Shown here: piece after piece, positions 58,936-64,000 of the stretch | Layout: the number at the start of each line of letters is the position of its first letter | Numbering within the stretch: the first letter of the stretch is position 1 | From: Candidatus Aminicenantes bacterium | GTDB taxonomy: Bacteria; Acidobacteriota; Aminicenantia; Aminicenantales; Saccharicenantaceae | Assembly (NCBI GenBank): GCA_026393975.1 | Contig: JAPKZD010000018.1 | Location: 160,807 to 224,806, forward strand | DNA length: 64,000 bases | Direction: 5' to 3' | Made by a program: the position numbers and the translations under genes | The notes under the pieces: generated by a model | What the model saw: only the letters and a program-made list of their open reading frames with translations | Told to the model about the DNA's origin: nothing | The model's database searches: none

Positions 58936-60666
58936 ATGGCATCCAACCTGGGCGAGCTTCTTTTACGGGAAAAGATCGTTTCCGTCGACCAGTTGAAGTC
59001 CGCTCTTGAATTCCAGAAGAAAAACAGCTTGCCCGTCGGCACCTCGCTCGTCCAGCTCGGCTATCTGACCGAGGAAGACATCGCCCAGGCCCTTAGCCGC
59101 CAGCTCGGCTACCCATACATCGACCTCGACCAGTTCGACGTTTACCCCGAAGTCATCAGCCTCATCCCGGTCGACGCGGCCAAGAAGCACATGGTCATGC
59201 CCATCCACCGGATCCGGTCCTTCCTGACCCTGGCCATGGTCGACCCGACCGATCTCGAGATCATCGAGGACATCCGCTTCCGGACGGGGCTCTCCATCCA
59301 GCCCGTTATCGCCTCGGAGACGGGCGTCGTCAACGCCATCAATAAGTACTACGGGACGGCCGACTCCATCCGGGTCAAGAAGATCATCGAGGATATCGCC
59401 CTGGCCGACGACGGCCGCGTCAACATTGTCGAGGACGAGAAAGAGGACAACGTCCTCGACAACATGGATAGCGAGGCCGACGAGGCCCCGATCATCAAGC
59501 TCGTCAACCAGACCTTCATCGACGCCATCAAGCGGGGCGCGAGCGACGTCCACTTCGAGCCGTACGAAACGAGCTTCCGCGTCCGCTACCGGATGGACGG
59601 CGACCTCTACGAGATCGTCAGCCTGCCGCTGAAGTACCGCAGTCCGGTCATCTCCCGGGTCAAGATCCTGTCGAACATGGACATCGCCGAGAAGCGCCTG
59701 CCCCAGGACGGCCGGATCAAGATGCGCATCCGCCTCGACAACGGGAAAAAGAAGGAAGTCGACATGCGCGTCTCCTCGATACCCACGCTGTGGGGGGAGA
59801 AGATCGTCGCCCGGATCCTCGATAAAGAGATGCTCAAGCTCGACCTGACCCAACTCGGGTTCGAGGAGGAGTCCCTGGTCGCCTTTCAGGACGCCATTCA
59901 CAAGCCCTGGGGCATCGTCCTCGTCACCGGGCCAACCGGGAGCGGCAAGACGAACACGCTCTACTCGGCGGTCTCGACGATCAACACGCCGGACATGAAT
60001 ATCCTGACCGCCGAGGACCCGGTCGAGTTCAACGTCCCGGGCATCAACCAGGTCCAGATCAAGGAAGAGATCGGCCTGACCTTCGCCACCTGCCTGCGGA
60101 GCTTCCTGCGCCAGGACCCCGACATTATGCTTGTCGGCGAGATGCGCGACCAGGAGACGGTCGACATCGCCATCAAGGCCGCCCTGACGGGCCACCTGGT
60201 CTTCTCCACCATCCACACGAACGACGCCGCGAGCTCCATCGTCCGCATGGTCAACATGAACATCGAACCCTTCCTCATCGCCGACTCGCTCATGCTCGTC
60301 GTCGCCCAGCGGCTCATCCGCCGCCTCTGTAAGAAGTGCGCCCAGCCCCACGCCCTGCCCGAAGCCGCCCTGCTCGAGATGGGTTACCAAAAGAGCGAGC
60401 TCAAGGGACTCCAGATCATGAAGCCCGGCAGCTGCGAAGCCTGCAACAGGACCGGATACAAGGGCCGGACGGCCCTCTTCGAGGTCATGAAAATCGACGA
60501 CGACATCCGGGCCATGATCCTGACCCGGGCCCAGTCCCGGGAGATCAAGAAAAAAGCCATCGAGAAGGGCATGCTGACCCTGAGGCGGAGCGGCCTCGTC
60601 AAGATCAAGACCGGAGTCACCTCGGTCGAGGAAGTCCTGCGGGAAACCGTCCGGGACGAAATCTAG
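58936..60666 (+). CDS. pilB: Type IV pilus assembly ATPase PilB (GspE family).
   Basis: GspII_E N-domain, Walker A LVTGPTGSGKTNTL, Asp/His boxes, tetracysteine motif CKKC...CEAC. Confidence 0.88.
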   Translation: MASNLGELLLREKIVSVDQLKSALEFQKKNSLPVGTSLVQLGYLTEEDIAQALSRQLGYPYIDLDQFDVYPEVISLIPVDAAKKHMVMPIHRIRSFLTLAMVDPTDLEIIEDIRFRTGLSIQPVIASETGVVNAINKYYGTADSIRVKKIIEDIALADDGRVNIVEDEKEDNVLDNMDSEADEAPIIKLVNQTFIDAIKRGASDVHFEPYETSFRVRYRMDGDLYEIVSLPLKYRSPVISRVKILSNMDIAEKRLPQDGRIKMRIRLDNGKKKEVDMRVSSIPTLWGEKIVARILDKEMLKLDLTQLGFEEESLVAFQDAIHKPWGIVLVTGPTGSGKTNTLYSAVSTINTPDMNILTAEDPVEFNVPGINQVQIKEEIGLTFATCLRSFLRQDPDIMLVGEMRDQETVDIAIKAALTGHLVFSTIHTNDAASSIVRMVNMNIEPFLIADSLMLVVAQRLIRRLCKKCAQPHALPEAALLEMGYQKSELKGLQIMKPGSCEACNRTGYKGRTALFEVMKIDDDIRAMILTRAQSREIKKKAIEKGMLTLRRSGLVKIKTGVTSVEEVLRETVRDEI

Positions 60667-60694
60667 GGAACGACAAGGAACGGAGGATAACGAC

Positions 60695-61810
60695 ATGGCG
60701 AAACCGATATTCGAACTCTTGAAGGCCTGCGTGGAAGCCGACGCGAGCGACCTCCACATCACGACCTACATCCCGCCGCGCATCCGCGTCCACGGCATAC
60801 TCAAGGACATCGAGCACCCGGCCCTGACGCCTTCCGAGACGAAAGAGGTCATCTACAGCATCATGACCGACAAGCAGAAGCGGCAGTTCGAGGAGAAGCT
60901 CGAGCTCGACTTCTCGTTCGGGGTCAAGGAGCTCGGCCGGTTCAGGGCCAACGTCTTCATGCAGAAGGGCGCCGTGGCCGGGGCCTTCCGCCGCTTTCTG
61001 CCCACGATGTGGAGCTTCGCCCAGCTCGGCATCCCCCAGCGCGTCCAGCAGCTCTGCTTCCTGCCGCGGGGCCTCGTCCTCGTCACCGGGCCGACCGGCT
61101 GCGGCAAGTCGACGACCCTGGCCTGCATGATCGAGCACATCAACTCGGAGCGGCCGGTCCACATCGTCACCATCGAGGACCCCATCGAATACTACCTGAC
61201 GCCCCGCAAGGCCATCATCAACCAGAGGGAGCTTTACGCCGACACCATGTCCTACGGCAACGCCCTCCGCTCGGTCCTCCGCGAGGACCCGGACGTCGTC
61301 CTCATCGGCGAGATGCGCGACCTCGAAACCGTCGAGGCCAGCCTCCGTGTCGCCGAGACTGGCCACCTGACCTTCTCGACGCTCCACACGAATTCGGCCG
61401 TCGAGAGTATCAGCCGCATCATCGATATCTTCCCCAGCCAGTACCAGACGCAGATCCGGATCATGCTGTCCATGTCGCTCGAGGCCGTCATGACCCAGGC
61501 GCTCCTGCCCCGGATCGACGGCAAGGGCCGCGTCCTGGCCATGGAGATCCTCATCCCCAACCCGGCCATCCGGAACCTCATCCGCGAGAACAAGATCCAC
61601 CAGATCTACTCGACCATGCAGATGGGCCAGGAGAAGTTCGGGATGCAGACGTTCAACCAGTCCCTGGCCAGCCTGTACTACCGCAAGCTGGTCAGCCTCG
61701 ACGTGATCATGAGCATGAGTTCCTTCCCCGAAGAGCTGACCGATATCATCCAGCGCCACGACGGCGTGAAGATCACCCGCGGCGGGTCCGCGGGGTCGTC
61801 CAGAAAATAG
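60695..61810 (+). CDS. pilT: Type IV pilus retraction ATPase PilT (twitching motility).
   Basis: Walker A LVLVTGPTGCGKST, VLIGEMRDLET, AETGHLTFSTLHTNSA. Confidence 0.88.
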   Translation: MAKPIFELLKACVEADASDLHITTYIPPRIRVHGILKDIEHPALTPSETKEVIYSIMTDKQKRQFEEKLELDFSFGVKELGRFRANVFMQKGAVAGAFRRFLPTMWSFAQLGIPQRVQQLCFLPRGLVLVTGPTGCGKSTTLACMIEHINSERPVHIVTIEDPIEYYLTPRKAIINQRELYADTMSYGNALRSVLREDPDVVLIGEMRDLETVEASLRVAETGHLTFSTLHTNSAVESISRIIDIFPSQYQTQIRIMLSMSLEAVMTQALLPRIDGKGRVLAMEILIPNPAIRNLIRENKIHQIYSTMQMGQEKFGMQTFNQSLASLYYRKLVSLDVIMSMSSFPEELTDIIQRHDGVKITRGGSAGSSRK

Positions 61811-61849
61811 GGGCGAGTCCCCGAAAGGCGAGGTATACGATGCCGACAT

Positions 61850-63041
61850 ATGTTTGGAAAGGGAAAAACCGCTACGGAGACACGGTCGGGGGCGAGCGTG
61901 TCGCCGCGTCCAAGGAAGAGGTGGGGCGCGTGCTCCAGAAGGACCAGATCACGGTCCTCAGCGTCGCCCCGGCCAAGGGAGGGTTCTCCATCCCCTTCCT
62001 CAAGCGGGAGAAGGTCAAGCTCAAGGACCTGGCCGTCTATAGCCGCCAGCTGTCCGTCCTCATCGACGCCGAGCTGCCGCTCATCCAGAGCCTGGGCATC
62101 CTCGAGGAACAGCAGAAGAACACCTATTCAAGAACGTCATCAAGACCATCAAGGAGGACGTCGAGGCCGGCTCGACCCTGAACCAGGCGAAAAGGAAGCA
62201 CCCCAAGGCCTTCGACGACCTCTACTGCAACCTCATCGCCTCGGGCGAGCAGTCGGGCTCCCTCGACGTCATGCTCCGCCGGCTGTCCGAGTTCATCGAG
62301 AAGACCGTCCGGCTGAGGGCCAAGGTCAAGCAGGCCTTGATCTACCCGGTGGCCATCGTCCTCTTCGCCATCGTCGTCTCCATTTTCCTGCTCTGGAAAG
62401 TCATTCCCGTCTTCGCCACGATCTTCCGCGACCTCGGCGCCGAACTGCCCTTGCTGACGGCCGTCGTTGTCGGCATGAGCGAGTTCGTCCAGAAGTACAT
62501 CATCTTGATCGCCATCGGCCTCGTCGCCCTCCTCTTCCTCTTCCGCTACTACCGGAGCACCAAGCAGGGGCACTGGACGACCGACCGCCTCATCCTGAAG
62601 ATGCCCCTCTTCGGCAAGCTCCTCTACAAGGTGGCCATGACCCGGGTGACGCGGACGCTGGCGACGCTCATCTCCGGCGGCGTGCCCATGCTCGAGGCCC
62701 TGAAGATCACCTCGACGACGGCCGGCAACGTCATCATCGAGCAGGAGATCGTCGAGGCCCGAAGACTCGTCTCCGAAGGCAAGACGATGAGTGAGTCGTT
62801 TAAGCAGGCCGGGCGGTTCCCGACGATGATGCTCCAGATGATCAACGTCGGCGAGGCGACGGGGACGCTCGACGAGATGCTGTCGAAGCTGGCCGAATTC
62901 TACGACGAGGAAGTCGACGTGTCCGTGTCCGCCCTGCTCTCGATCCTCGAGCCCATCCTGCTCATCTTCGTCGGCGTTATCGTCGGCGGCTTGGTCATTT
63001 CCATGTACCTGCCGATCTTCGACCTCATGTCGAAGTTTTAA
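61850..63041 (+). pseudogene. pilC: Type IV pilus inner-membrane platform protein PilC, interrupted by a frameshift near 62125.
   Basis: N-terminal part MPTYVWKGKNRYGD...LPLIQSLGILEEQQKNT in one frame. Continuation FKNVIKTIKEDVEAGSTL...GSLDVMLRRL...(ORF 62271..63041) in another. Implies a 1-nt indel at AACACCTATTCAAGAAC. Confidence 0.7.
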
Positions 63042-63080
63042 GGTTTCGGGACGAGGTCCGGCGGCGGTGAATTCGGCCCC

Positions 63081-64000
63081 ATGAAAGCGCGCGGGATGAC
63101 GATGAAACGCTTGATCGAGAAGAAACACGTCCTTCTGTACAACCTGTACCGGCTGGCCGTGGTCACGTCGCTCCTCGTCTCGGCCTTCATCATCCAGCTG
63201 TCCTCGTCCGACGCCCAGCCCAACCTGCCCTTCTATTACCTCATCCTCGGTACCTACGGTTTTTCGGCCCTCTTCTTCGGCCTCTACGCCTGGGGCCGGG
63301 GGCTTGTCACCCAGGCCTACGTCCAGGTCGTCTTCGACCTTCTCCTCATCACCGCCTTCGTCTACATCTCCGGCGGCATCGCCTCCTCGATGTACTTCCT
63401 GTACTTATTCCCGATCATCGCCGCGGGCCTGGTCGTTTCCGGCCGGGCCGGTTTCCTGGCGGCCTCCCTGTCGGCCATCCTGTTCGGCCTTCTGGTCGAC
63501 GGCGTCTACTTCGGGTTCATCCCGGCCTACCGGCCCGAGCACGCCGTCAAGACGTCCCTCGACTCGATGCTCGTGACCATCTTCATCGCTTGGGGCGTTT
63601 TCTTCGTCATCGCCGGCCTGATGAGCAAGCTGGCCGGGAGCCTACGCAAAACCCGCGAGGCGCTCCGCGTTGCCGAAAAGGAGCTTCTCATCCGCGAGCG
63701 CCTGTCGGAAGCGGGCCGCGTCTCGGCCAGCCTGGCTCACGAGATCCGGAACCCCCTGGCCGCCATCTCGGGCTCCGTCCAGGTCCTCAAGAAAGAGCTC
63801 GCCCTCAGCGACGAGCAGCGCGACCTCATGGGCATCGTCATCAAGGAGTCGGAGCGGGTCTCCCACAGCCTGGAGCAGTTCCTGGATTTCGCCCTGCCGT
63901 CCAAACACGTCTTCTCCGTGATCAGTCTGACCGACATCATGGACGAGACGCTCAAGATCCTCCAGGGGGGCGGCGAGCTCAACGGCAAGGTCGAGGTCAC
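63081..64000 (+). CDS. PilS-like sensor histidine kinase (partial; continues past the window end).
   Basis: My own translation: MKARGMTMKRLIEKKHVLLYNLYRLAVVTSLLVSAFII... has about 6 TM segments, then the HisKA region RVSASLAHEIRNPLAAISGSVQVL. Not in the ORF track because there is no in-window stop. Confidence 0.7.
   Translation, partial: MKARGMTMKRLIEKKHVLLYNLYRLAVVTSLLVSAFIIQLSSSDAQPNLPFYYLILGTYGFSALFFGLYAWGRGLVTQAYVQVVFDLLLITAFVYISGGIASSMYFLYLFPIIAAGLVVSGRAGFLAASLSAILFGLLVDGVYFGFIPAYRPEHAVKTSLDSMLVTIFIAWGVFFVIAGLMSKLAGSLRKTREALRVAEKELLIRERLSEAGRVSASLAHEIRNPLAAISGSVQVLKKELALSDEQRDLMGIVIKESERVSHSLEQFLDFALPSKHVFSVISLTDIMDETLKILQGGGELNGKVEV

Noticed and set aside
1-64000. CRISPR arrays, cas genes, restriction-modification or toxin-antitoxin modules.
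   Set aside because: No short regularly spaced direct repeats and no recognisable Cas, methyltransferase, endonuclease or TA-family proteins were seen on either strand.

Overview
This is a high-GC window (roughly two-thirds G+C) from a Gram-negative bacterium. The phylum is uncertain; Acidobacteriota-like is only an inference from gene content. The high GC produces many long antisense ORFs in the six-frame track that are not real genes. Three genes appear frameshifted, so the sequence may be a draft or metagenome-derived assembly.

About 50 coding genes are supported:
- Secreted degradative locus (1-7.7 kb): a HEAT-repeat protein (partial, missed by the ORF track because it runs off the edge), a Tat-secreted Gfo/Idh/MocA oxidoreductase, two tandem M14 carboxypeptidases, and a DUF4097 repeat protein.
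- fhs (7.8-9.7 kb).
- Outer-membrane proteins (9.8-18 kb): two tandem paralogous outer-membrane-like proteins, a porin, a GH35 beta-galactosidase and a TonB-dependent receptor with a probable cobalamin riboswitch leader.
- Metabolic genes (18.7-24.9 kb): aromatic-L-amino-acid decarboxylase, a GH172/DUF2961 protein, trmO and ilvE, then a Cys-rich 67-aa protein translationally coupled to a radical SAM enzyme.
- Queuosine precursor cluster (25.1-28.1 kb): queF, an EamA transporter, queE, queD, queC.
- An NhaD/ArsB-type transporter.
- A four-gene operon (31.1-34.8 kb): two Ddl-like ATP-grasp ligases, a GNAT and a KamA-family lysine 2,3-aminomutase.
- A small mobile element: an IS200/RAYT-like Y1 transposase flanked by near-identical 60-bp palindromes.
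- Core genes (36-50.5 kb): a GCKR/MurQ-like double-SIS protein, dCMP deaminase plus a P-loop kinase, aldehyde dehydrogenase, tatC-tatA, a frameshifted S41 peptidase, rpiB, a divergent glyA-like gene, purD, purE, mtaB, mutL.
- tRNA-Pro(TGG) and tRNA-Arg(TCT), followed by an approximately 8-kb segment that ends in a 51-nt direct repeat of the tRNA-Arg 3' half.
- A type IV pilus locus: pilB-pilT-pilC(frameshifted)-pilS(partial).

The candidates I consider most worth follow-up are the ATP-grasp x2/GNAT/KamA operon, the Cys-rich peptide plus radical SAM pair, and the tRNA-Arg-bounded island remnant with TGAGCAC repeats at both ends.
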